Origin: Alphaproteobacteria bacterium
GTDB lineage: Bacteria > Pseudomonadota > Alphaproteobacteria > MPNO01
NCBI GenBank assembly: GCA_964291675.2
Contig: OZ219866.1
Coordinates: 3,392,001 to 3,456,000, forward strand
DNA length: 64,000 bases
Reading direction: 5' to 3'
In this document: positions 51,965-61,529 of the stretch, piece by piece
How the letters are laid out: each line of letters opens with the position of its first letter
Numbering within the stretch: position 1 is the first letter of the stretch
The notes under the pieces: model-generated
Seen by the model: the letters and a program-made list of their open reading frames with translations, nothing else
Database searches by the model: none
Told to the model about the DNA's origin: nothing
Program-made: the position numbers and the translations under genes

Positions 51965-52771
51965 ATGTCTGTCGTACTCAACGTCCAGGGGCTGGAGAAG
52001 AGCTTCGGCGCGGTCGTCGCGGCGCACAACATCAACGTCGTCATCGAGCAGGGCGAGACCGTCGGCGTGATCGGCGCCAACGGCGCCGGCAAGACGACCT
52101 TCGTCAACATGGTGACCGGCTATCTGGAGCCGACCGAGGGCAGGATCGAGTTCATGGGCCGCGACATCCGCGGCCGCTCGGTGCGCCAGATCACCCGGCT
52201 CGGGCTGTGCCGCTCGTTCCAGGTGCCGCAGGTGTTCCTGTCGGAGAGCGTGTTCGACAATCTGATGATCTCCTTCGGCATCGCCGAGCGCGACGGGCTC
52301 GGCCTGCTGGGCGCGCTGATGCGGGGCGACCGGGGCGACCGGGTGGACCAGCATCTGGTGCGCTACCAGATCGCCGATTACCGCAATGTCGCGGCCTCGG
52401 CCCTGCCGCAGGGCGTGCGCAAGCTGCTCGACATCGCGATGGCGACGGTGCGCAAGCCCAAGCTGCTGATGCTCGACGAGCCGACCAGCGGGATCAGCGT
52501 CGAGGAGAAGTTCGGCATCATGGACATATTGATGCAGGCGCTGAAGGAGGAGGAGACCACGGTGCTCTTCATCGAGCACGACATGGAGATCGTCGAGCGC
52601 TATGTCTCCCGCGTGCTCGCCTTCTCGCAGGGCGAGATCATCTGCGACGCGCCGACCGAGCAGGCGATGGTCGATCCCCTGGTGCAGGAATTCGTGATCG
52701 GCAAGGAATACCACCGCGCGGGCGCCGGCAACGGCGACGCGGCCGGGGAGGGGGAGGCGGGCCGATGCTGA
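51965..52771 (+). CDS. LivG-like ATP-binding protein
   Basis: GANGAGKTT, RSFQ, LDEPTSG, IEHDM. Confidence 0.9.
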   Translation: MSVVLNVQGLEKSFGAVVAAHNINVVIEQGETVGVIGANGAGKTTFVNMVTGYLEPTEGRIEFMGRDIRGRSVRQITRLGLCRSFQVPQVFLSESVFDNLMISFGIAERDGLGLLGALMRGDRGDRVDQHLVRYQIADYRNVAASALPQGVRKLLDIAMATVRKPKLLMLDEPTSGISVEEKFGIMDILMQALKEEETTVLFIEHDMEIVERYVSRVLAFSQGEIICDAPTEQAMVDPLVQEFVIGKEYHRAGAGNGDAAGEGEAGRC

Positions 52772-53409
52772 CCGTCACCGATATCGATGTCAGCATCGGC
52801 GCCACCGAGATCCTGCGCGGCGTGAGCTTCGAAGTGCCGTCGGGTGCGATGTGCGGGCTGATCGGCCGCAACGGCGCCGGCAAGACGACGGTGATGCGCG
52901 CGATCATGGGCGCGCTCAAGCTGCGGAAGGGGGCGATCCAGTTCGAGCATCTCGATCTCGGCGCCTCGCACGCCCATCGCCGCGCCCATCTCGGGATCGG
53001 CTTCATGCCGGAGGACCGCCGCCTGGTGCCCGAGCTGACGGCGGAAGAGAACATCATGCTGCCGGTGTGGTCGACCCGGTCCGAGGGCGCCGCCGAGCGC
53101 CTGCAATGGATCTACGGGCTGATGCCGGAGGTCGAGGAGTTCCGCAACCGCGGCGCGACGACGCTGTCCGGCGGGCAGCAGAAGTTCGTTGCCTTCGCCC
53201 GCGCCATCATGTGCGGCACCAAGCTGCTGCTGCTCGACGAGCCGAGCGAGGGCATCGCGCCGGTCTTCGCCCAGCGCATGGTCGAGATCCTGGGCAACCT
53301 GAAGGCGGAGGGCGAGTCGGTGCTGGTCGCCGAGTCGAACGACGTCCACATCGCGCCCCTGCTCGACGACATCTACGTCATCGAACGCGGCAGCATCGTG
53401 CCGCACTGA
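52765..53409 (+). CDS. LivF-like ATP-binding protein
   Basis: GRNGAGKTT, PEDRR, LSGGQQK, LLLDEPSEG. Confidence 0.9.
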   Translation: MLTVTDIDVSIGATEILRGVSFEVPSGAMCGLIGRNGAGKTTVMRAIMGALKLRKGAIQFEHLDLGASHAHRRAHLGIGFMPEDRRLVPELTAEENIMLPVWSTRSEGAAERLQWIYGLMPEVEEFRNRGATTLSGGQQKFVAFARAIMCGTKLLLLDEPSEGIAPVFAQRMVEILGNLKAEGESVLVAESNDVHIAPLLDDIYVIERGSIVPH

Positions 53410-53561
53410 GCGGCGGCGCCCGGCGGGCGCTTCCTGTCCCGATTCGTTTGTGCTACCGTTCTGCCGGTTTGGGAAGAACCGTCCGCGAGCGGCCGCGAAG
53501 AACGGTAGGCTACGACGGTAAGCGACGGCCTCGCGGAGCCCTACGGAAAGGGAGGCGCGTC

Positions 53562-54833
53562 ATGCGGAAAGTCTCGACATCTGGAATTCTCTCCTTCGCG
53601 CTCGGCGCGCTTGCCGCCGGGGCGATGGCGTTCGGCGCCGCGGCGGCGCCGCCGAAGGGAGCGCCCAAGGCGCTCAAGGTGGCCTTCGTCGACTTCTTCT
53701 CGGGCGGCGCGGCGGTGTTCGGCGTGTCCGGCAAGGGCACGTCCGAGCTGCTGGTCGCCAAGTGGAACAAGGAAGGCGGCATCGCCGGCGTTCCGATCGA
53801 CCTGGTGCTGGTCGACGAGGGCGGCGGGCCGAAGAAGCAGGTCTCCGAGCTGCGCCGCCTGGTGCTCGACGAGAAGGTGGACGCGGTCGTCGGCTACACC
53901 TCCAGCGGCAACTGCCTGGCCATCGCGCCGGTCGCCGAGGAGCTCAAGATCCTGACCGTGGTGCATGTCTGCGGCACCCACCGCCTGACCGAGGACAACA
54001 AGCTCAAATACGTCTTCCGCACGTCGGCCAACCAGGCCGGCGACAGCGTCTCGCTCGCGCGCTACGCGCTCTCGGTCAATCCCGACATCAAGACCATCGC
54101 CGGCGCCAACGAGGACTATGCCTGGGGCCGCGATTCCTGGGAGGCGTTCAAGATCGCGATGCAGCGCCTCAAGCCGGACGTCGAGGTGGTCGCCGAGCTG
54201 TGGACCAAGTTCCAGGCCGGCGAGTACTCGGCCGAGATCTCCCGCCTGCTGGCGGCGCGGCCCGACGCGATCCATTCCAGCTTCTGGGGCGGCGGGCTGA
54301 TCACCTTCATCAAGCAGGCCAGGCCGCGCGGGCTGTTCGAGCAGAGCCTGGTGCTGCTGTCGACCGGCGAGCAGGTGCTGCAGAATGTCGGCAAGTCGAT
54401 GCCCGACGGCGTGGTCGCCGCGCCGCGCGCGACGGCCGGGTTCTTCGCCCTCAAGGGGAGCAAGGAACACCAGGAGTTCGTCGACGCGGTCTACGCGCAC
54501 AACAAGCGCTATCCCGACTACCCCGCCTACCGCACCTACCAGGCGTGGTCGGGGCTGAAGGGCGCCTATGAGAAGGCGATCGAGATGGCCGGCCGCTGGC
54601 CGACCACCGAGGAGGTCATCAAGGCCTTCGAGAACCTGAGCTGGGATACGCCGAGCGGCAGGATCACCATGCGGCCCGACCACCAGGCGGTGCATGGCGG
54701 CCTGGTCGGGGTGACCAAGTTCTCCAAGGAGCACGGCTTCGCGGTGCTGGAGAACATCGTCCACCACAAGGCGGAGGACATCACCCCGCCGCTCGGCACC
54801 AAGACCCTGGACTGGGTGCGGAGCATCAAGTAG
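53562..54833 (+). CDS. LIV/HAAT-type ABC substrate-binding protein (operon 2)
   Basis: Signal peptide; VVGYTSSG, YVFRT, DYAWGRDSW, SSFWGGGL. Confidence 0.9.
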   Translation: MRKVSTSGILSFALGALAAGAMAFGAAAAPPKGAPKALKVAFVDFFSGGAAVFGVSGKGTSELLVAKWNKEGGIAGVPIDLVLVDEGGGPKKQVSELRRLVLDEKVDAVVGYTSSGNCLAIAPVAEELKILTVVHVCGTHRLTEDNKLKYVFRTSANQAGDSVSLARYALSVNPDIKTIAGANEDYAWGRDSWEAFKIAMQRLKPDVEVVAELWTKFQAGEYSAEISRLLAARPDAIHSSFWGGGLITFIKQARPRGLFEQSLVLLSTGEQVLQNVGKSMPDGVVAAPRATAGFFALKGSKEHQEFVDAVYAHNKRYPDYPAYRTYQAWSGLKGAYEKAIEMAGRWPTTEEVIKAFENLSWDTPSGRITMRPDHQAVHGGLVGVTKFSKEHGFAVLENIVHHKAEDITPPLGTKTLDWVRSIK

Positions 54834-54940
54834 CCGGCCGTTTCGCGGCCTGCCGAGCCGCGGCGCGAGGGGGGACGAGCCCCCCTCGCGGGCCGGCTCG
54901 GACGGCCGTTCCGGGGTAGACAGCAGGGATCCGGCGCGGG

Positions 54941-55837
54941 ATGAACCTTCTCACCATCATCGTCTTCGACGCGATCAACTACGCGGCGACGCTGTTCCTG
55001 CTGTCGGTCGGGTTGACCGTCGTCTTCGGCGTCATGCGCATCCTCAACGTCTCGCATGGCGGCATCTACGCGCTCGGCGCCTATATGGGCACCTGGCTCG
55101 CGCTCTGGGTGCTGGAGGTCGACCTGCCGCCGGTGCTCACCTATCTGATGCTGCTGCTGGGCGCGCTGATCATCGGCTTCCTGCTCGGACCGATCATCGA
55201 GCGCCTGCTGTTGCGCCGCATCTACGGCAGCGACATGCACATCCAGCTGCTGCTCACCTTCTCGATCCTGCTGATCCTCGATGACAGCATGAAGCTGATC
55301 TGGGGGATGGAGCCGCTGTTCATCTCCGAGCCCTACTCGATGCTGGGCCGGTTCAAGGTGGGCGGGATCATCTACCCCTGGTACGACTTCGTGCTGGTGG
55401 GCGTCGCGGTGGTGTTCGGCGCCGCGCTGGTCTGGATGGTGCGGGCCACGCGCTTCGGCAAGCTGGTCATCGCGGTGATCGCCGACCGCGAGGTGAGCCA
55501 GGCCATCGGCATCAACGTCAACCTGATCTTCACCGTCGCCTTCACCGTGGGCGCGCTGGCCGCGGCGCTCGGCGGCGCCTTCGTCGCGCCCAAGATCGCC
55601 GTGGTGCCGCAATTCGCGCTGGAGGTCGTGGTGCTCGCCTTCGCGGTGATCGCCATCGGCGGCATGGGCAGTATCGAGGGCGCGGCGGTCGGCGCCGTCG
55701 TCGTCAGCTTCGCGCGCGCGCTCGCCATCCATCTCGCGCCCGAGGTCGAGCTCATGGCGGTCTACCTGATCATGATCCTGGTGCTGGTGATCCGGCCCCA
55801 GGGGCTCTTCGGCGAAGTGGAGCTCCGACGGATATGA
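54941..55837 (+). CDS. LivH-like permease
   Basis: SVGLTVVFGVMRILNVSHG, GGMGSI, RPQGLF. Confidence 0.9.
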   Translation: MNLLTIIVFDAINYAATLFLLSVGLTVVFGVMRILNVSHGGIYALGAYMGTWLALWVLEVDLPPVLTYLMLLLGALIIGFLLGPIIERLLLRRIYGSDMHIQLLLTFSILLILDDSMKLIWGMEPLFISEPYSMLGRFKVGGIIYPWYDFVLVGVAVVFGAALVWMVRATRFGKLVIAVIADREVSQAIGINVNLIFTVAFTVGALAAALGGAFVAPKIAVVPQFALEVVVLAFAVIAIGGMGSIEGAAVGAVVVSFARALAIHLAPEVELMAVYLIMILVLVIRPQGLFGEVELRRI

Positions 55838-56802
55838 TGAACTGGAGAGCCCTGCCGCGCGCCGGCGTGGCCGCCGCAGCCCTGCTGATCGCGGTGCCGC
55901 CCTTCCTGCCCGGCTGGATCCTGTTCGTGCTCACCAAGGCGATGTTCATGTTCATCGCGGTGATGGGCGTGTCGGTCCTCTTGCGCGGCGGGCTCCTGAC
56001 CTTCGGCCACGCGCTCTACTACGCGACCGGCGCCTATGCGGTCGGGTTCTGCGTCAAGTGGCTGGGCGTCAAGGAGCTGCTCTTCCTGGTTCCGCTCGGC
56101 GCGCTCGCGGGCTTCATCATGGCCGCGCTGGTCGGCATCGTCATGGCGCGCTACCGCGAGGTCTTCTTCGCCATGCTGAACCTCGCCTTCTCGATGATGC
56201 TGTTCGGCGCCCTGCTCAAGCTCTACTGGGTCACCGGCGGCACCGACGGGCTGGCGATCGGCACCGCGACGCTGGCCGGGATCACCCTGCCGGGCGATTC
56301 CTACGGCTACTACTATTTCGCGCTGACCATGGTGGGCGTCGTCACGCTGGTGGTCTATCGCTTCATGGCCTCGCCCGCCGGGTACTTCCTGCGCGCGATG
56401 TACGACAACGAGATCCGCATCGAGTATTCCGGGGTCGCGGTCCGCCAGGTGGTCTACCGGACCTACCTGCTGGCCGGCACGCTGGGCGGGGTGGCGGGGG
56501 TGATGGCGGCCTTCACCATCGGCCATATCGTGCCGGAGGACGCGTTCTGGATCCAGTCGGGCGAGTTCGTCTTCGTCGCCCTGCTGGGCGGGTTCGGCGG
56601 CGTGCCGGGGCCGATGCTGGGCGCGCTGGTCTTCGAGTTCCTGCAGACCTACGCGTCGAAATACTTCCCGCTCGCCTGGCAGATGATGATGGGCATCATC
56701 ATGCTGGTGATCATCCTGTTCCAGCCGGGCGGGCTGTGGGCGATCTACCAGCGCATCGAGGCGCGGATCACCGGCAAGGACAGAGGGGGCGACCATCACT
56801 GA
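55834..56802 (+). CDS. LivM-like permease
   Basis: GLLTFGHALYY, FFAMLNLAF, TGGTDGL, QPGGL. Confidence 0.9.
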   Translation: MMNWRALPRAGVAAAALLIAVPPFLPGWILFVLTKAMFMFIAVMGVSVLLRGGLLTFGHALYYATGAYAVGFCVKWLGVKELLFLVPLGALAGFIMAALVGIVMARYREVFFAMLNLAFSMMLFGALLKLYWVTGGTDGLAIGTATLAGITLPGDSYGYYYFALTMVGVVTLVVYRFMASPAGYFLRAMYDNEIRIEYSGVAVRQVVYRTYLLAGTLGGVAGVMAAFTIGHIVPEDAFWIQSGEFVFVALLGGFGGVPGPMLGALVFEFLQTYASKYFPLAWQMMMGIIMLVIILFQPGGLWAIYQRIEARITGKDRGGDHH

Positions 56803-57550
56803 CACCACCCCCATCCTCCAGACCGTCGCGATCAACCGCTCCTTCGGCGCGGTGATCGCCGCCGACGACCTCAATATCGAGGTCGGCAATGGCGAGCTGG
56901 TCGGCATCGTCGGCGCCAACGGGTCCGGCAAGACGACCTTCCTCAACCTGATCACCGGCTACCTCAAGCCGGAGAGCGGGCGCATCCTGGTGATGGGCCA
57001 GGACACCACCGACCTGGCGCCGCGCGATCTCGCCAAGCGCGGCGTCGCGCGCTCGTTCCAGATCCCGCAGCTCTACACCAACATGACCGTGCTGGAGGGC
57101 GTGCTGCTGTCGCTCGCCGCCACGTCGGGCGAGTCGAGCAATTTCTGGCGGCCGCTGCACCGCGATCCCTGGGAGCCCGAGGCGTGGGAGATCCTCAACC
57201 GCTTCGGCCTCGAATCCTACGCCAACCGGCCGGTGAGCGAGCTCCCCGAGGGCGGCCGCAAGCTGTTGGACATCGCGCTCTCCTTCGCCCTCAAGCCGAC
57301 GCTCCTGGTGATGGACGAGCCGACCAGCGGGGTCAGCATCGAGGACAAGTTCCAGGTCATGGACACGCTGGTGGGCGTGCTCAGGGAGGGCGACATCACG
57401 ACCATCTTCGTCGAGCACGACATGGACGTCGTCCAGCGCTACGGCAGGCGGGTGCTGGTGTTCGACACCGGAAGGGTGGTCGCCGACGGCGAGCCGGAGA
57501 GCGTGCTGGCCCAGCCCGAGGTCCGGCGCGCCGTTCTGGGGCACGACTGA
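56795..57550 (+). CDS. LivG-like ATP-binding protein (probable ATC start at 56795; first canonical start is GTG 56852)
   Basis: GANGSGKTT, RSFQ, MDEPTSG, VEHDM; homology to the paralogue extends upstream of 56852. Confidence 0.85.
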   Translation: MTDTTPILQTVAINRSFGAVIAADDLNIEVGNGELVGIVGANGSGKTTFLNLITGYLKPESGRILVMGQDTTDLAPRDLAKRGVARSFQIPQLYTNMTVLEGVLLSLAATSGESSNFWRPLHRDPWEPEAWEILNRFGLESYANRPVSELPEGGRKLLDIALSFALKPTLLVMDEPTSGVSIEDKFQVMDTLVGVLREGDITTIFVEHDMDVVQRYGRRVLVFDTGRVVADGEPESVLAQPEVRRAVLGHD

Positions 57551-57551
57551 C

Positions 57552-58202
57552 ATGCTGAAGCTCGGCGACATCAGGGTGACCATCAAGACCTTCGTGATCC
57601 TGCGCGGGATCAGCCTCGACATCCCGCAAGGCGAGATGGTCGCGCTGGTGGGCCGCAACGGGGCCGGCAAGACGACGACGCTCAAGAGCGTCATGGGGCT
57701 GGTGCCGGTGGTCGGCGGCGGCATCGAGCTCGACGGCGAGAACCTGCTCGAGGTGCCGGGACACCAGCGCGCCCGGCGCGGCATCGGCTACATGCCCGAG
57801 GACCGCCGGCTGATCGGCTCGCTGACGGTCGAGGACAACATCCTGCTGCCGGCCTGGGCCGCCAAGGCGGAGAACCCCGGGGAGCGGCTGCGCTACATCT
57901 ACGACCGGATGCCCGACCTCGCGCCGCTGGTGAACCGCCGCGCCTCGATGCTGAGCGGCGGGCAGCAGAAGATGGCCGCGCTCGCCCGCTCGCTGATGAG
58001 CGGCACCAAGCTGCTGCTGCTGGACGAGCCGTTCGAGGGGCTGTCGCCCGGCCTCGGCGACAAGCTGGGCGAGACCATCCGCCAGCTCCAGCAGGACGGG
58101 CTCACCGTGCTGATCGCCGAATCCGACGACAAGCGCGTCGAGTTCGTCGAGCAGAGCTACATGATCGAGCGCGGCCAGAACGTCGACCAAGACGAGGGCT
58201 GA
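57552..58202 (+). CDS. LivF-like ATP-binding protein
   Basis: GRNGAGKTT, PEDRR, LSGGQQK, LLLDEPFEG. Confidence 0.9.
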   Translation: MLKLGDIRVTIKTFVILRGISLDIPQGEMVALVGRNGAGKTTTLKSVMGLVPVVGGGIELDGENLLEVPGHQRARRGIGYMPEDRRLIGSLTVEDNILLPAWAAKAENPGERLRYIYDRMPDLAPLVNRRASMLSGGQQKMAALARSLMSGTKLLLLDEPFEGLSPGLGDKLGETIRQLQQDGLTVLIAESDDKRVEFVEQSYMIERGQNVDQDEG

Positions 58203-58290
58203 AGCCCCGGCAAGGCGCGCTTCCACGCCCGTCCTTCGATACGGGCTTATGACCATTACTTGACGAGCGGGACGCCGACGACACTTCTTC

Positions 58291-58512
58291 CGTCATGCCC
58301 GGCCCCCGGACTTGATCCGGGAACCGGCCATGACGTGGTTGGGGGAGCGCCAACACCCACACCCACACCCCCTCCCGTCATGCCCGGACTTGATCCGGGC
58401 ACCCACTGGCGCCGCCGGCCCTCCCGACGGGGCGTTTTACCGGTGGCGCCAGTGGTTGCGCGGATCGAGTCCGCGCATGGGTGGCCGGATCAAGTCCGGC
58501 CATGACGTTGGG
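58291..58512. repeat. Mosaic cluster of REP-like family A units
   Basis: CGTCATGCCCGG..ACTTGATCCGGG units in both orientations; spacer is the reverse complement of the one at 16238-16264. Confidence 0.8.
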
Positions 58513-58664
58513 GGGAGGGGAGGGAGGCCGGGGGCGACGGCACAAGACCACGACGCGACGAACGCGCAGCGATCCGCGTCCCGCTCCGCCCCGCCCCGCA
58601 ACCTTGGCGGCCCCGCGAACTCGCCTATAGTAGCGCTCGCATCGCCGGGCCCAGGGGAGGGGAC

Positions 58665-59678
58665 ATGATCATCGATTGCCACGCCCATGTGAGCGCGCCG
58701 GCCGAGCTGTGGGCCTACAAGGCGACGCTGCTGGCGCATCGCGGCTCGCACGGGCGCGGCCGGGTGAGCGTCAGCGACGACGACATCCGCGAGGCGGTCG
58801 AGAAGAAGCACTTCCCGGGCTCCGGCCACAGCCACATGGGCTATATCGATGCGCTCGGCACCGACATGCAGCTTGTCTCGCCGCGCCCCTTCCAGCTCAT
58901 GCATTCCGAGAAGCCGGCCCGCCTCGTGCAGTGGTTCCACGAGGAATGCAACGACATGATCCACCGGGAGACCCAGCTCTACCCCGACCGCTTCGTCGGC
59001 ATCGCCGGGCTTCCCCAGCCCGCCGGCGAGCCGCTCGACATGGCGATCCGGGAGCTGGAGCGCTGCGTGGGCGAGCTCGGCTTCAAGGGCTGCCTGCTGA
59101 ACCCCGACCCCTACGAGAACACCGGAATCCATCCGCCGGCGCTCGGCGACCGCTACTGGTACCCGCTCTACGAGAAGCTCTGCGAGCTCGACGTGCCGGC
59201 GCATATCCACGGCACCGGGTCGCGGTCGGAGCGCGAGCCCTACTCGCTCCGCTTCATCAACGAGGAGACCACCGCGGTCTACGGGCTGGTCAACTCGGCC
59301 GTGCTCGACGACTTTCCCGACCTCAAGATCGTCGTCAGCCATGGCGGCGGCGCGATCCCCTACCAGCTCGGGCGCTTCGAATCGGGGACGCTGCGCCGCC
59401 AGGGGGCGGAGCGGTTCAGCCAACGCATGCGCCGCCTCTACTACGATACCGTGCTCTACACCCCCGAGGCGATCGAGCTGCTGATCCGGGTGGCCGGCGT
59501 CGACCGGTGCCTGTTCGGCGCCGAATGCCCGGGCGTCGGCTCGTCGATCGACCCCGACACGGGACGCCACATGGACGACGTCGCGCACCACATCCAGGGC
59601 TTCGCGTGGCTGTCGGACGCCGACAAGGACAAGATTCTGGCCGGCAACGCGCGCCGCGTCTTCAGGCTGGAGGCGTGA
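58665..59678 (+). CDS. Amidohydrolase_2 family protein, LigJ (4-oxalomesaconate hydratase)-like
   Basis: MIIDCHAH, QLVSPRP, LNPDP, LGDRYWYPLYEKLCELDVPAHIH, SHGGGAIPY, LFGAECPG. Confidence 0.78.
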   Translation: MIIDCHAHVSAPAELWAYKATLLAHRGSHGRGRVSVSDDDIREAVEKKHFPGSGHSHMGYIDALGTDMQLVSPRPFQLMHSEKPARLVQWFHEECNDMIHRETQLYPDRFVGIAGLPQPAGEPLDMAIRELERCVGELGFKGCLLNPDPYENTGIHPPALGDRYWYPLYEKLCELDVPAHIHGTGSRSEREPYSLRFINEETTAVYGLVNSAVLDDFPDLKIVVSHGGGAIPYQLGRFESGTLRRQGAERFSQRMRRLYYDTVLYTPEAIELLIRVAGVDRCLFGAECPGVGSSIDPDTGRHMDDVAHHIQGFAWLSDADKDKILAGNARRVFRLEA

Positions 59679-59705
59679 GCCGGGGCGCCGCGCGGGAATC
59701 CCGGG

Positions 59706-60623
59706 GTGGGACGCTTCTTCGCACAAAGGCTGGGCGTGGCGCTGCTCGTCGCGGTGACGGTGTCGATCATCGGCTTCGCGCTGCTGCGGGTCTCCGGCGA
59801 CCTCGCCGCCGACCTCGCCGGCGAGGACGCGACGCCCGCCGAGATCGCCGAGATCGCCGCGCTCTACGGCCTCGACAAGCCGCTGCACGAGCAATACCTG
59901 GACTGGGCGTGGAGCGCGCTCGGCGGCGATCTCGGGCAGTCGCTGTTCACCAACGAGCCGGTGATGGACCTGATCCTCGAACGGGTCGGGGTGACGATCC
60001 TGCTCTCGCTCTATTCCCTCATCCTGGCGCTCGCGATCGCCATCCCGCTCGGCGTGCTGGCGGCGATCAGGGCCAACACGGCGATCGACAGGGCGGCGCT
60101 CGGAATCGCCGTGTTCGGCCAGGCGATCCCCAATTTCTGGTTCGGGCTGATCCTGATCTACCTGTTCGGCGTGGTGCTCAGGTGGCTGCCGATCTCGGGG
60201 TCGGCCAGCTTCGCCCATTTCATTCTGCCGACGCTGGCGCTCGGCACCGCGGTGATGCCGGCCCTGATGCGGCTGACCCGGACCGGCATGCTGGAGGTGC
60301 TGGAAGCCGATTTCGTCAGGACCGCGCGGGCCAAGGGGCTCTCTCCCGGCAGGGTCTTCTTCAAGCACGCGCTCCGCAACGCGATCCTGCCGGTGGTCTC
60401 GCTCGCCGCGGTCTCTCTGGGCTTCCTGCTCGGCGGATCGGTGATCGTCGAGACCGTGTTCGCGCTCAACGGAATCGGGCTGCTGGCCTACGAGTCGATC
60501 CTCAGGAGCGATTTCCCCGTCGTCCAGTCGATCCTGGTCTTCGTGTCGCTCGCCTATATCGTGCTCACGCTGGCGTCCGACCTGATCAACGCCCGCCTCG
60601 ACCCCCGCATCCGCCTCGGCTAG
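59706..60623 (+). CDS. DppB/OppB-like permease
   Basis: GLDKPLHEQY, GDLGQS, FVRTARAKGL, HALRNA, VETVF, LDPRIR. Confidence 0.92.
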   Translation: MGRFFAQRLGVALLVAVTVSIIGFALLRVSGDLAADLAGEDATPAEIAEIAALYGLDKPLHEQYLDWAWSALGGDLGQSLFTNEPVMDLILERVGVTILLSLYSLILALAIAIPLGVLAAIRANTAIDRAALGIAVFGQAIPNFWFGLILIYLFGVVLRWLPISGSASFAHFILPTLALGTAVMPALMRLTRTGMLEVLEADFVRTARAKGLSPGRVFFKHALRNAILPVVSLAAVSLGFLLGGSVIVETVFALNGIGLLAYESILRSDFPVVQSILVFVSLAYIVLTLASDLINARLDPRIRLG

Positions 60624-60626
60624 GTG

Positions 60627-61529
60627 ATGGCGGGCGACATTTTCGCAGACGAGTTCCGGGTCGACGCGCCGACGCCGCGCGAGGTCATGCGCCGCCGGGC
60701 GCGGAGCCATGTCGGCTTCCTGGCCGGCGCCGGGTTCGTGCTCGCCGTGGTTCTGCTGGCGGTCTTCGCGCCCTGGGTCTCGCCGTCGGACCCGTTCACC
60801 CAGGACCTCGATGCCCGGCTGATCGACCCGATCTGGGGCAAGGGCGGGAGCTGGGCGCATCCGCTGGGCACCGATTCGCTCGGCCGGGACTATCTGACGC
60901 GCATCCTGTTCGGCGCGCGCATCTCGCTGCTCATCGGGTTCGGCGCGGCGGTCATCTCCGGCGTCGTGGGGTCGAGCGTCGGCATCGTCGGCGGCTATTT
61001 CGGCGGCCGGGTCGACGCCGTCGTGATGTACCTGATCAACGTGAAGCTGGCGCTGCCCGGCATCCTGATCGCGCTGTCGCTGGTCTCGGTCTTCGGCGGC
61101 TCGCTGATCGCGCTCATCGCCATTCTCGGCTTCCTGTTCTGGGACCGCTTCGCGGTGGTCACGCGGAGCGTCACCCAGCAGATCAGGGGGCAGGAGTTCG
61201 TCGCCGCCGCCGAGGCGGTCGGCGCGTCGCACGCGCGCATCGTCGTCCAGGAGATCCTGCCCAACGTGATGAGCCACATCATCGTCATCGCCAGCCTCGA
61301 AATGGCCATCGCCATACTGGTCGAGGCCGTGCTGTCCTTTCTCGGCCTCGGAATCCAGCCGCCCACCCCGTCCTGGGGGCTGCTGATCTCCGAAGGGCGG
61401 AACTTCATGTTCTTCAAGCCCTGGCTGATCGCGCTGCCCGGGCTGGCGCTGTTCTTCCTGGTGATCGCGATCAACCTGATGGGCGACGGGATCCGCGACA
61501 TCACCGTGCCCGAAGGCCGCGGCCGGTGA
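60627..61529 (+). CDS. DppC/OppC-like permease
   Basis: HPLGTDSLGRD, ILPNV, LSFLGLGIQPPTPSWG, GDGIRD. Confidence 0.92.
   Translation: MAGDIFADEFRVDAPTPREVMRRRARSHVGFLAGAGFVLAVVLLAVFAPWVSPSDPFTQDLDARLIDPIWGKGGSWAHPLGTDSLGRDYLTRILFGARISLLIGFGAAVISGVVGSSVGIVGGYFGGRVDAVVMYLINVKLALPGILIALSLVSVFGGSLIALIAILGFLFWDRFAVVTRSVTQQIRGQEFVAAAEAVGASHARIVVQEILPNVMSHIIVIASLEMAIAILVEAVLSFLGLGIQPPTPSWGLLISEGRNFMFFKPWLIALPGLALFFLVIAINLMGDGIRDITVPEGRGR

Noticed and set aside
54860-54900. GC-rich hairpin after the binding-protein gene as a novel ncRNA (similar hairpins near 38290 and 49985)
   Set aside because: Most simply an mRNA-stabilising or attenuating stem commonly found after ABC binding-protein genes; no further evidence.
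58291-58512. CRISPR array
   Set aside because: Units alternate in orientation, are strongly palindromic, have irregular and shared spacers, and no cas genes are present.
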